From: Chlorokybus atmophyticus
Taxonomy: Eukaryota; Plantae; Mesostigma and Chlorokybus algae
Assembly (NCBI GenBank): GCA_009103225.1
Contig: RHPI01003041.1
Span: 391,439 to 455,438, forward strand
DNA: 64,000 bases
Direction: 5' to 3'
Numbering within the stretch: the first letter of the stretch is position 1; each line of letters begins with the position of its first letter. Positions 1-13,015 of this stretch are shown piece by piece. The notes under the pieces were generated by a model. That model was not told the origin of the DNA, ran no database searches, and saw only the letters and a list, made by a program, of their open reading frames with translations. Both the position numbers and the translations under genes were made by a program.

Positions 1-2662
1 CTCTCAAATGCAACGTGACAAAGCATGCCATGTTGCAGTGAACTGCGATGTTCACGTGATGCGCGCCGTACCTGACGGAGAAGTGGAGGGCTGCAAGTGC
101 TGTTGCCGTTGATAATTCCGGACTGTTTGAGTGTCCAGTCGTCATGCGCAGGGTGTTCAACGTATCTAACAGTGTCACGCAATCAGGTTGGGTGCACAAC
201 TAACATGCCGGCAGTGATCATTCCATTTGTTTAATCATCAAGCGCTAAGAGCACATATTGCCATACCGAGCATGCCCGGTATCACCCTTGACAGGGATGG
301 AAACGATGTCGTCAATATCGTTGACAACTCCTCATCATGTGGCATCTCAACTTGCACACGACTCCACACAGCAGTAAACAAGTCGTGCACTAGCAAGTAC
401 ATACCGGTTAGTACCCGCGATCCAACCACGGCTCTACAACTGAGATACTTACATGGAGACATTCGGTCACTTTGTGTTATGGTGGCGAACACTTGAAAGC
501 CATGAGCTGCCTTGATGACCTGCCAAGACCTGTAAGCAGAACTCATGCTATATACAATGCTATGGGGGGCATACCAAAACGGAAACACACCTGGCCCCTT
601 GAGGGTATATGCAACAAGCGGTCTTCAAGCAACGACCTAAGAGAAGCCAGGACTTCAAATGGCGCAGCATCAATGTCTTCAATAAGCACCCATAAACCTC
701 TCTGTACAGCTTGCATCAACGCTCCGGGCTGCCAAATGAACTCGCCTGGAATTTCTGTACACGCATATGCTCCCAAGAGACCCTTGCTATCAGTCTGATC
801 ATCTACTTGCAATCGGACCATGTCTGCGAGCAAGGGCGGTGTGAGGAGCTGCACGCAATGCATTGCAAACCAACGCTGAGAGAGTGACCGATGTTGCGTC
901 AGATAGGCTGTGTGCATCCGCAACGGCAAAGCCTCGGATGGTACGGACACAGTTTATCATCCTCGCAACTGCTCAAACAGACAGCTATGTATGCCACGAA
1001 ACAAATGCATTTACCTATATTGCCTGTCAGCAATGCCAGCTCCTGCACGAGAGCCGTTTTACCAGAACCTGGAGGCCCTTCAAGAAGCACGGGTCGTGAC
1101 TGGGACAGTGCCATGCATGCACTCTCCAAGTTTTGCCTGGTAGTGCTTGTCAACACCAAGCGCCTGCTTTGATACACGGGCCTGAAGCACACACAGCATG
1201 TCTCACATGAACTGGTGTTACCCACAAACAAAATGTGCAACCGGAGGCCAGCTCTGGACAACCCAAGAAACTGAACCTACGTTGTGGAAGAGGACTCTTG
1301 TCGTCTTGGGAGAAAAAATCCACATACATCCACATGGGAGTCATGACTGGTTATGTACATGCTATCAAGAACTTCTTGGCTCTGACCAGAGGCTGCCGCA
1401 AGTCCTCTTGCCCTGGCAATTCCAGCAGAATGTGCATCCCATCTGCCATTTCATGTGTACACTGTAAGCACCTGGTTGCCAATGCATGAGACTACGAATG
1501 CAAAGATGAGAGATCCTGACCTGACCATGCAGCACATCTGCTCCTCAGCAGAAAGCAGCTGGTCTGAAAGCGTGCGTAGCGTGGCGTCAGAAAGACGCAG
1601 CACGCAGGCCATGCACTGAAGCGCGTGCCAGCGCACATCTGCACTGGCATGGACAACCAGCTGCAAAATCGGTCCCCAATTCCAACGCTCGCTCCAGTGT
1701 TGGCCAGGTTGCCGAAGCAAATGCAGGCTTGTTTGCAAGATGCTTGTGAGTGTGTCGACATTCTGCTCAGGTGCACAGCGGATAAACAACATGAAGTCAA
1801 CCCACCATGCACATATTTAGTCAATACATGTATTGAATCAACACATGTATTACATGGGCTTACTTCTTCCAGTGACAGATTGGCAATTCCAGCCAAAGGT
1901 CCTGATACCAAACGCTCAAATGGCGGGGGTGCTGCGTCAAAAAATTGCAACACTTCCCTGCAAACACAGGCAACATGCACCGTTCAGTTGAGCAAGTGTT
2001 GGAGACAAAGATATGTGAATTTTTACCACCAATGCACAGCGCACCTGTACACGGGTGGATAGAGCTCTAGCAACAGTGCTAGTGCTAAACAGATGCGTTC
2101 ATGACTTGTGAAGTCTGCCGGAGCTGTTTTGTTGTGTTGCAGTGCTTTGTGCAAAACCAGGGGCAAGACTGGCAAGAAGCAGCCTCCAACGGCCAATGTG
2201 TAACTGCTATCCCATAATAAGGGCTGCAACAACTCCACCGCCGCATTGATGGACAGGTCATCCTGCAAAACATGCAATGCGCATTCAGCACAAGGAAATA
2301 ATAATACATACAGCTATGCCCAGCATGCGACAACAAAAAAAAGTCCTTATTGAAAGAGATGGTGTTCAGTCATAGCGAGAAATCTGCAAAGGCATGTCAG
2401 CCTACTAGACATACACCATGCAATTGGGATGCGTAGACAGGCACGTACAAGGATGGAGTTCGACTGAAACCAACAGCGCAGCGCATGTAACGGTGCACGC
2501 ATGCACGTGGCGGCAATGGTATGCATACTGCTTTCTTACCTGAGCGCTGACAGCAGCGAGAGCTGGCGCAGAGCGCGCAAGCTCCGGGCAGCATACAAGC
2601 AAGCGACGGCACGCAGCAGCGCAGCTGAACTTCGGTATGAGACGGTCAGGCGCAGCTACCAT
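1..2662 (-). CDS. MDN1: Midasin (AAA+ ribosome-maturation ATPase), 5' exons only; gene continues off the left edge
   Basis: Spliced minus-strand exons encode PVLLEGPPGSGKTALVQELA (Walker A, ~1100-1040) and VDDQTDSKGLLGAYACTEIPGEFIWQPGALMQAVQRGLWVLIEDID (~800-660), typical of the midasin D1 ring. The N-terminal exons (FSCAAACRRLLVCCPEL; PLLWDSSYTLAVGGCFLPVL) resemble the plant MDN1 N-terminus. Probable ATG (MVAAPD) at 2662. Confidence 0.9.
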
Positions 2663-2969
2663 CACTAAACTAAAGCTGGCAAGTTTGCAGATCGTAATAT
2701 TAGGAGCGACAAGCTGGCAGCCAGCAGACTCACCGCAATAACCAAGCAAAAATTTTTACCACCAGCTTCGCACCGCTAGTCGACTACAGCTGCTTACGTC
2801 CAGAACTTGCCTCAAACCTATCGCCAGACATGCAACGCTACGTAATAAACCGCCTTGCACATAGGACACTTCTACCACCAGCTACGCCTCCACCTCCGGC
2901 CGCCGCCGCCGCCGCCACTGGCCGCCGCAACAGCCAAGCTGTAGGTTTGTGGTCACAACGTGACTCCCC

Positions 2970-2978
2970 AACCCTAAA
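2970..2978 (+). promoter_or_regulatory. Telo-box (AACCCTAAA) in the MDN1/DUF3082 divergent promoter
   Basis: Exact AACCCTAAA between the two divergent start codons. Telo-boxes are established elements of plant ribosome-biogenesis and translation gene promoters. It is a single short motif, so chance occurrence is possible. Confidence 0.4.
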
Positions 2979-3158
2979 TTGCTACGTTCTGTACACCGCG
3001 TCAATCAATGGCAGCGGCAGACAGGGACGTAGTGTTTCGCAGCGGTGTACAAAAGCTTCTGCGTAGAAAGGTCGGTGCGCAGCACAGCTGCCTTGGCGGT
3101 AAAAAGATGTGAAGCGTCAGCGTGCATGTCGCCGAATTCCACCATTGCGGCGGCGGCA

Positions 3159-4566
3159 ATGGCGGTAGCGGTAGGGATGTCGGGATCAGCGTTGCCAATG
3201 CAGGGGAACATCTTGGTGCGAAATGGAGAGGCGAGTTGCTGCGTGGGGTGGAGGACTGGGTCGCAAATGGGCGCGGTTGTGAAGCCTGCAAGGGGCGCTC
3301 CTCGCCGTCCGCTGCTTAGGGTCAGGTGGGCTTGGGGCCCAAGCCGCGTGCATGCAGTCGTGTGCAGGGTTTGAGGTTGCATACGATGTGTTGGTTCCTT
3401 GAAAAAGCAAACGTGCAGCTACAGGTTGTTGAGCCTGCCAGCAAGTCAGCATGTTTCACGGCATGCTGCCATGCAAGCTCCTACACATGCCAATTTGACT
3501 TCGTCACCCTTGTGCCCCCCACTATGCAGCTGCCTTCGTTAAAGTCACCAACCTGCTCGGCTTGCGCAGCATTTGTCGGTCATCATTGCACGAGCATCTA
3601 TCAGCGTCAGAGTGCAGAGAGTGCGCGCTTGCAGCCCGCGCCATGCATGAACTGGCGTGTATGTTTTGCAACGTTTGCCAAAGAGTTGCAGTTTTCACAC
3701 CAGCTGTTGTACCTCATGAGATGAACATTGTGCGACTCCCAGTGACGAGTTGTGTGCGTTGCCACTACTGTTAATATGGATACTCTTGTTTGGGTTGACA
3801 GTGGCATGTATAGGGGAGATTTTGGGGAGAGGGAGCATCTGGAGGGGCCGGTTGAGGCACCGCGGTTAGGGTTTTCAAGGGACGAGTTCGTGTCTGATCG
3901 GCAACCCAGTGTGCCAAAGCTTGAGGAACGGTTGCCAAGGCTGCCCCCTAAAGTGCCCCGAACACGCCTGCCCAGACCGACTGTCAAGCAGGCATGTAAA
4001 GTTCATCACTACTCATAGCTTTGTTGGCAAGGGGGAGTTTGTAAGTTGACTGCCAGCAGTTGTGCACACTGCAATTGCATGTCGACTCCTCTTCTGGACC
4101 ACATCATGCAAGTGCCAGCTGGGTTGAAAGTATGGTCGTTATCGGCTTTCACTAGCACAAGGTAACTGGTGGCTGCACGTTGTGGTGATTGACCTTCGTT
4201 GCGCAGGCACTGATAGGCGCAGCAATATCAGCAGCATGTTCGTCATTATTCTACACAGTCACAAACTCCAGCACTGCATACCTCATCGAGCATCCTCTTG
4301 TCCGGCGCGCTCCACATGGCATTGACGATGCTATGAACAGTCTCAGCCAAGGCACGGTGAGTAACAAGGCTTCCTGTCAACTTGTCTGGCCAAAGGGAGT
4401 TCTGTGACATCTTACCTGTTTGTCTCCCCTGCAGGTGTCCACGTTCGGTGCATTTGCTGTTTTCATCTTTGCCTTTAATGCCATGGGCTTGGTGGCATAT
4501 GCGGGTTACTTGCATGCAAATCCATTGCCAGCCGATGCCACGAAAATGTCGAAGCCGTCGCAGTAG
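3159..4566 (+). CDS. DUF3082-like plastid-targeted membrane protein (about 4 exons)
   Basis: Exon 1 resembles a transit peptide (MAVAVGMSGSALPMQ...). The exon at ~3800-3991 is Pro/charged. Exons 4207-4356 and ~4435-4566 give QALIGAAISAACSSLFYTVT...GAFAVFIFAFNAMGLVAYAGYL, matching the recalled DUF3082 pattern (QALLGA...ATFVFGxNxxGLxLYSGQL). Stop TAG at 4564-4566. Confidence 0.7.
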
Positions 4567-6770
4567 GTTGATGTACATGTTATTGTAAGTTGTTATGCAC
4601 AAGCTGCACTTGTACATATCGTTTGGACCATATAGGCTTTTCCCAGCCGCTTTTGCAAAGCGTATTGTAGCATGCTAATATGGGCCCTAGATTTGTTGTC
4701 AATTGAAGCTGCTTTGCTAGTTGATTGTTTTGGTCGATCCTGTAGTGCATGCACACTAGAGTTCTACATGCCACACTTGGCACACATGTTGCATGCATGG
4801 AACAGCCTTCTTGACTTTTATGCACGTTCAATTAGTGCCGCACTCATCTAAGCCACATTTATAAACCAACCACCGAGTTCAACCACCATGCTTCGGTATA
4901 CAGCTTATCTGTCGCTAGCCGTACTCCAATTACTGCCTTTATGCATGTGTGCGTACCGGGTAGGCAGCTACGTATGCTAGCATGAACGTGCGTTCGCGCA
5001 TGTGTTGCACTATCGCATACTGCTTGCTATTTGTCCATATATTGTTACAACTTTGCAATGTGTAATCATAATATTCACGCGTTTCGTTTCAACGCTCTAC
5101 CTGAGTTGGCACATACAGGCTCAAAGCCAGTAATGGACATATAGGGTTTCTAATAGGGGGCAGAAATGAAAGTTTAAGCTTGAAAAATGGTGAGGTGAAA
5201 AGTTGAAAGTGTTAAGTAATTTACAAATTCAATTAGTAATGATACCATTACCATACTTATTTGGTTGCCCCATGCATTTTCCCTTATTTGGCATTTGAAA
5301 CTACACAAGAAAAACGCATGTTGCAGGAAAAATTATCTGTCCACTACTTGACAGCTGGTCTTCCTCATGTGTCGGGTTATTATGCTATTGCACAAAGATG
5401 ACAAGTGCCACTTGAGATTTGCCACTGCGTTGCTATGCAATATTGGCGTTTTCTACTCTTTACACGCTGTGCATTCCAAACGAGAAATTGAACTTGTGTG
5501 ATAAATATACTTTTCATGTTGATGACATACCAACAAATCAGATCACACAAACATATTACATTGTGCAACTCCAAACACCAACAGTTGAAGCGTCAAATTA
5601 ACATAGCACATAAACTCATTGATATTCACGTTTGTATGGTTCGAATATGGTTACAGCAAACCACACTCGTAATCATGTGTGTATGGTATGCACCGCAAGA
5701 ATGTCCCCTACTCTAACAATGTCAACTCGCGCCACGTGTTGCATAATTGTCGCCGCAATTTACGGCGCTGCAAACCGCTAGCTTTTGCTTATATACGCTT
5801 TACCGTCACTATCGGCTTTTCTTTGTTAACGACATAACACCTTACACACCAAGCAATCTGCGTTTAAAGGACCAATCTACTGCAAGTTTACAAAAGTGTT
5901 GTAGCTGTTGTGTAAATGCTGCTGATAATACACAACACAAACGACTGCTGATAATGGACTTTCTTGTGTGCATGTCCTGCCATGGTAGCCCCTTTCTCTT
6001 TTCTACCATTGCACACGAGTCATGTGATGGCTCGTCACATGACGAGTCACGAGTGACGAGTGATATCACATGACACCGCAAGCGAAGGCGCGGTGGTCAT
6101 ATTCTCAACCCGGGCAACCGCATGCGCAAGGCCAAGATGCATAGACTGCCACATCAGTGCAAGTGTTGCTGCACGCGTCGTGCACGACCCTTGCTCGGCA
6201 GTTCTGTCCCAGTTGCATCCCAGACGCACAGCGGTGACGCTGCATGCGTCGCTCCGTAAAAGGGCCCCTCGTACAAAACTGCACTGCAAACTTACTCGAC
6301 ATCTTAGCAAAGTATCGCTGCTTCACCGCGGCACGCGCGTTGCAAGACTTCCGCGCGCCCCTGCTGCTGGGCACCGCGCGCGACGCGGTAGTTTATGGTT
6401 TTGTTGTACTTCATTGTGATTTAAGCTGCGCTGCAGGTGATGCACGTCGTGTCGCAGTGATTCACTCGCTCAGTGAACTACTGCCCTACCGCAGTGAACT
6501 AAATTAGGTCAGTAACTCAAGGCCTGCACTGTTGACCGCGGCTGCGGCGGCGGACACAGTGGTGGGCGGCGTGGGCGGCGTCGTCGTCGCCGGGCGCCTT
6601 GCTTGGGCAAGTTGGAGCTTCTTGTGTGCGGAATCTGGATGAGGTGGTGATCGCAGAGTGAGGCTGGGGCGGTGCCGCCGGCCCGGACGGCCGGGAGGGG
6701 ACAAAGGGGCGATTAGGGCTTGACAGCAGCTGCTCGCTGCTCCGCCCGCCCGCCCGCCCGCCCGCCGCAC

Positions 6771-9700
6771 ATGGAGTATGACGACGAGGAGTTTGAGCAG
6801 CTTCTGGAGGAGATCCCCAGAGCCACCAGCGCCCCTCCCCACTTAGAGGAGCTTCAGAAGGCGTACAATGCGGATCTTGCCCGCGGCCATGGCGCCCTTG
6901 GAGGGGATCATCACTTCTATGCTGCTCATTTAGGCGTAGGGTTTGGGGCCCACCATGTCGCCGGCAGCCATCATGTTCGTCCTTTCGAGGTAGGGTTTGC
7001 CTGTGCAATGTGATACGCTTTCGTTGAAACAAAGTAGCCACGACCAAGAGCGCATAGGCAAGATTTGATGAAACGTGCTTGATCATGGTAATGTCAACCA
7101 GCACAGACGAGTATTGCTTGATCATATAAAAACATGTAGTTCTATCAGGTCGCTGTGTAGTTCTATCAGGTCGCTGTGTAGTTCTATCAGGTCGCTGTGT
7201 AGTTCTATCAGGTCGCTCTGTGTGTCTGCAATGCAGCATTGTGTGTCTGCAATGCAGCAGAGGTGTCTGTCTTTGGTCATGTGTACACACAGGGATATTT
7301 GGGGATGATATCCAATGTGGGAACCAGAAGCAATGCAACATCCCTATGGTTGTATGTCACACTGTGCACTTGCGCGACACCAAGTAGGTCTGAACTCAAT
7401 GGCACAGTGCAGTGACCTGCTCGTTACCTGCTCCATAGCAGCAGTGGTTATCTGCAGAAGCTGAGGGGGCTTGAATATTTCAGCCAGGTTGTTTCCTGTG
7501 GTGTGTGCTGCTTGAGTGGTTGTTGCTCAGCCTGGAACCGTTTTCTGTTTGCAGGACATTCGGCTTGATGAGGACTATGACAGCTTCTACCGAGCATACA
7601 GTGGTAACCACAAGAAGGAGTTGCCAGCCCCCATCGATCAGAGCCACTACTTGGACATCATGGGCAGGCATGCCAGCAGCAGTATGGACGACTTGGACGA
7701 GCATTTTGCACAGCTTTATTATCAAGAAAGAGGTTACCTGAACCATCGGCGCGATAATGACAGTTTGCATTCCAGCCAGCAGCTCAATCATAATCATGAC
7801 CCCCCTTACCACCCGGAACATCGCCGCCGCCATTCCGCAGGGTTTCATGAACAGGAGCTCCGCCATGCACTCAACCAGCTGCAGCTCGAACGACAGCTGC
7901 CACCTCAGGTACGCGAAATTGTGTTGTGCACTTCAATGTCCTTTTGTTGATGATGGTATACCTGGCTCCCTTGTGCCATATTCAGGCCATCTGAAACATA
8001 CGTTGCGCATGTTGAAGTCACATCATGATTGCATGGACATGTGTTGTGCGCGTGTGCACACGTGCACAACGCATGTCCTCAGTGTGTTGTGCACCTGTGC
8101 ACAACACTGCGTCTTGGAGCATATGTTGATGCAGTTGTGATATGCGTACTTCATAAGCACTTGGTCGGTGTCCACCGAGGCTTGATTTGGGCACCTGTCA
8201 CTAGTTGATACTGCCTTGACGTGATGCTGTGCGCAGGCACCACGTGCGCACAACCACATGATGCGACAGGGGTATCATGGTGGCGGCGGCAGCAGCAATG
8301 GCCATGGTTCTTTAAATCGCATGTACCCGCAGCATCCCATGCGTGGCCATGCGGGCAAGGGCATCCCAAGGTCATACAGCAGTCCGGCATACAATGTGGA
8401 CCAGCTGGACCTTGATAATGGAGGCTCCTACGGTCAGAACAACGCCCATCCGCATGCAAGGTACAAACACTATGTGCAAACGCACTGTATTACTTGCAAT
8501 TGCTTGGCTATGCAATGCGCACACATGTGAGTATACAATGGGGTATATTGAACTAAAACCAAGCGACATAAAGCCAATTCTGACGCACAGTACATGCCAC
8601 TAAGGCATTGATTGGTTGCTTCAACATGTCAGGCCTCACTACCAGCAGCCTGCCCACCAGCCGCCGCACAGCGTTTACGGCTCAGCTTCTCAGAGTTATG
8701 ATAGCGTGTGGGGGCCGGGCTCCAGCAGCAGTCAGCGTGGGGCACCACCACGCTCTCCACCGCAGCATGCAGGAGGCAGCTGCCGCTATTTTAGCCAGGG
8801 TTACTGCAGCAGGGGAGAGGCGTGCCCATACCCGCACGTGTCCCCGTCACCAATGAACGCCCGCCTCCGCCGCGAGAACAATGGCGGCGGCCAACATCAT
8901 CACGCCCTCCACGCGCACAACCTCGCGCCGCCCCTTCCGATGCAGCAGCCTCTACAGAACCACAACAGCGCGCAATCCCTCAGCCCTCCCAGCGAAAAGA
9001 GCAGCGGCTCGCGGAGAGGGCGCCACCGGAAAAAGGAGGCCACGCGGGATGCTTTTGACAGCAATGGCGACTCCAGAGCCGATCGGCAAGTGTTGCATGG
9101 GATGTCATATTGTCTTTTACTTAAAGACTTGAAGGATGTCACAGTCATGCTCGCATGTCCTTGGGCTATGTGTGTCATATAGTATGCTAGTGTCTCACAT
9201 TCTGTCACATCTACATGTACTTTGTAAGCATATTGTTGGTGCAGTCTGTCATAGTGTCATGTTAATGCAGAACTGGTGTCCTATGTCATGTTGGTTGTGC
9301 AGAAGCAGGTGTTTGTTCTGTCCATTCTGAAAGCGCGTACATTCTGACCTGCCCGTGTTTGTCTGCAGACTTGCAACTCAAAACCGCTACAACTCCCTCG
9401 ACGAGGTTGTTGGGCGCATCTATCAGATCGCTAAAGACCAACACGGTTGCCGCTTCTTGCAGAAGAAGTTTGACGAGGGTGGCCCTCAGGAGGTACGCAA
9501 CCAATCGTGTCGTTGTGGTCGCAATTGTGCCAAGGTTGTACACCCACTTGGTCTTTGTGAGCTCACAACGTTTTCTGCCCGTCAGGTGGCCGTCATTTTT
9601 GCGGAGATAATTGATCACATAGCAGAGTTGATGGTCGACCCGTTTGGCAATTACCTTGCTCAAAAGTTGTTAGAGGTCTGCAACGAAGACCAACGTTATG

Positions 9701-10897
9701 CCGTGTTGAGACGGGTCACTTCTGGACATCAGCTTGTCCATATATCAGTGGACATGCACGGGTAAGATTCAGATACTTCCCCTTCAAGTGCCAGTACACC
9801 TTTCTGGTGCCAAATGTCTGGTCATCATTGACTGTCAATGCTGCAACCCAACACAGTCTTGTTGTTGTTTATGTTTCTGGTGGACAGGACTCGAGCGGTG
9901 CAGAAGTTGATTGAAACGCTAAAGGAGCCCGATCAAGTGAGCATGGTGGTGAGGGCGCTTTCGGCGGGAGTGGTGACGCTAGTGAAGGACCTCAACGGCA
10001 ACCATGTTGTGCAGCGCTGTCTACAGAGGCTGTCCGCTGAGGACAACCAGTTCATTTTTGATGCTGCAGTCAATAACTGTGTGGAGGTCTCCACGCACCG
10101 GCATGGTTGCTGTGTCCTGCAGCGGTGCGTGGACTACGCCAGCGGCGCGCAGCAGCACCGCCTTGTCGGCGAAATAGCCGCACACGCTCTGGTCCTGTCA
10201 CAGGTGTGCTATGTTGGCAACTGTTTCGACACTTGTATCTCTGTCTGCGCGTGTTTTATTGCTTGCATGCAGTTGTACAAATCATGAAAAGCTACATATA
10301 CACAACTGCATATTCTGTCCCTTATTGTATGCACTACTGCTCTGCAGGATCCGTTTGGAAACTACGTGGTCCAGTACGTGCTGGACCTGGGCATGCCTTG
10401 GGTCATGATTGAGGTCATTTCAAGGCTGGAGGGGCACGTCAGCTACCTTGCGATGCAGAAGTTCTCGTCGAATGTGGTCGAGAAGCTCCTGAAGCTTGCG
10501 CCTGACGATCACCGCAGCCGCATTGTCCGAGAGGTGACCGCGTCGCCGCGCCTTGGCCACCTGCTGCAGGACCCATACGCCAACTATGTCGTGCAATCGG
10601 CGCTCACAGTTTCAAAGGTGCGTTCTGTGTGCTTATATGTGGCCAATTTGCAGGAAAATACCAATGTACCACTTGCATCCGAGAACGAGACTATGATAGG
10701 GCCTGTTGCAACAGCCGATCACACTCATGTTGGTGTACGACGCGTTTTGATCAGTTGCTAACTTCTCTGTGGTATTGTTTTACATGCAGGGTAACTTGCA
10801 TCAAGCCCTGGTAGAGGCAATTAAGCCGCATTTGCCCGCGCTGCGCAGCAGCCCTTACGGCAAACGCATTCTGTCACGCACCAATATCAAGAAGTGA
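6771..10897 (+). CDS. Pumilio/PUF RNA-binding protein (Puf4/APUM7-12-like) with an upstream CCCH zinc finger
   Basis: Starts MEYDDEEFEQLLEEIPRATS. Eight Puf repeats lie across exons 9370-10897: GCRFLQ, GNYLAQ, GTRAVQ, GNHVVQ, GCCVLQ, GNYVVQ, SSNVVE, ANYVVQ. The finger CRYFSQGYCSRGEACPYPH is at ~8780-8840. GT-AG junctions; stop TGA at 10895-10897. Confidence 0.93.
7135..7260. repeat. Intronic minisatellite: 4 x 21 bp followed by 2 x a different 21-mer
   Basis: TGTAGTTCTATCAGGTCGCTG x4 (7135-7218, last base of copy 4 differs), then TGTGTGTCTGCAATGCAGCAK x2 (7219-7260). Confidence 0.95.
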
Positions 10898-12724
10898 GTG
10901 GCGTCAGCAGGGCAAAATCTACGCAACATGCAGTGGAGCAGTGGACCCCATTAAGTTCTCCCCTTTCCCAGTCCCAGCCCCGCTGCGTTTGTGCTCACTT
11001 CGTGCATCTTGAGTACATATTGTACCGTACATCATCAACAGTATGCTTAGTGTAATTGTCATTTCTAGACAGAGATTCCGGTCGCATCGGCCCCATCACG
11101 CGACCTCATGCCAAGTTTCACGCCCTCAACAAGCGCCTGTAGACGCATACAGGCGTCACTGATCTCTGACCCAAATCTTCAAGGCCACAAGCACCGGGCG
11201 CGCGCATAAGGTGAAGTACATGGGGTTCATAAGTTGGGTGCATGCGAGTGGCGGATTGCGCGCGCGCAACAGCTCCTTTGGGACTTGGGGCCCTTTGTAT
11301 GCACACATCATTCTCTTTTAGGTAGAAAAACGCTGTTTTGTACTATTTATTCAACTTGGCTGGCTTGGCCATTGTACCAATGCCACACCTGTCCAGTTGC
11401 TTATCCTGCCAATCACATTCATGCGCACACACTACATGATGATCGTACACACTGAGTCGTCATGTTCTTGGCTTGTGACGTACATGTGTTTGTCACCGCA
11501 CTGCATTCTTTGTACACACTAGAACAGTAATTTCATTTTGCTTAGGGATGCCCTTATCAAGGTCTATTGGCCGTTACTGGTGGTGGTCGCATTCTTGAAT
11601 ACCTTTACAATGAAACTCTGGCAGCGTAGAGTTGTGTACCGGGCTGGCATGAAACTGACTCTCTACTAACAGCAAAATCGTCACACCAAGCTATGTACTG
11701 TCATCCCTGCCTATCGTTGCACAAGCATACTCACATGCATGTCAGCTGCATGCAAGCACGCCTACACATGCAGGCACGCCTACACAACTACACCGCCGCA
11801 GCTGCCAGCACAGCGTCCGCTTCCGCCGTTGGCGCCGCCGTCTGGAACGGACCCCAGCCTAGTACTGCCGCTACGACTGCCGCCCCCCGCTCCAGGATGG
11901 TGATGCCCTACGCGCGCTGCAGCGCGCATGACACGCGCTGCCGGTACAGAGCCAAGTAGTGGCATACCCGACATACTCCACAACTGTTGCAGCTGCGTTG
12001 GTAGCATGCCTAACCTGGTGTGCGCTGCGTATGAGGACGTCTAGTTGATGTTGCTTCACCGGATATTAGCAATAGCATTAGACGGTGTGGCGGTTGTGGT
12101 TGTTGCTTCTGATGGTGTGGTGAATGAATATGGACACTGGGCTCTGTGGAGTTCAAAGTTGGCAAAGCGATAATAACGGATTGCAGGCCCAATGTCATGT
12201 GCTGCATAAAGCTGAAGTGCAATTAGAGTGCCACACACACGTGCAGCCACAAAGATAAAACAAAGACAAAGATTTGAGGGGCAGACTTTGGCCCCTCAAG
12301 TTAAAGCAATGAGTCGGCGTTTTGGCTCAAATTCAGCAGACCATTACGACCATCTACACAGCTCTTCAACGCATACATACTTGTGACGACATGATAATCA
12401 TTATGTCTTGCTATCGTTGTTGACTATTGGTGGTGATGCAATCGTCCATCTGATATAATGTTCAACACGAAGCTTGTTATGAATGTTGTTTATGATACAT
12501 AAACACAATCATCCCGTGCAAATGCTACAGCGTAGCATATACAAAAGGTACTTATCACAACCATTCCATGCACACAAGCACTCGGCATAAGCAAGGTATT
12601 GCATCAATATTAGGTGCGCTCAACAATAAACAAATCACAGTAGGAGACCTTCCGCACACTGCTTCTCTGCAGTGTGCCATGCATATCATGCAATGCACCG
12701 CATGATTGTGAGTTTGCGCACGAC

Positions 12725-12725
<1 letters not shown>

Positions 12726-12820
<95 letters not shown>

Positions 12821-12821
12821 N
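12726..12821. other. Poly-C tract (95 C) ending at an N, probably a sequencing or assembly artefact
   Basis: Pure C run abutting an ambiguous base. A similar C24+N occurs at 45631-45655. Confidence 0.6.
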
Positions 12822-13015
12822 ACAATAGTACAATTGTGCATTGTCTATGGCATGGTAGGAGTGAGGGCTAGGTGGCGACTAGTACCTGTAGAAGCGTTGG
12901 ATGTGATGGCTGCCTACTCGTAGTGTATGTCGCTGGTGTCGGATGATATGCTTGTGCCTCTGCGCTTGTCAATGTGTGGTATAATTGGTGTCATGACAAG
13001 CCTCTAGGGTTGTTC

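Noticed and set aside
7135-7218. Protein repeat (RPDRTTQ / SSIRSLC) in ORFs 6517-7341 and 7075-7308
   Set aside because: These are translations of an intronic 21-bp minisatellite lying between PUF exons with clear splice sites.
11693-12250. Small gene downstream of the PUF gene
   Set aside because: GC-rich low-complexity ORFs occur in several frames on both strands with no recognisable motif or consistent splice chain.
12726-12821. Poly-Pro/poly-Gly ORFs or a G-quadruplex element
   Set aside because: A pure homopolymer ending in N is typical of sequencing or gap-fill artefacts. The same applies to 45631-45655.
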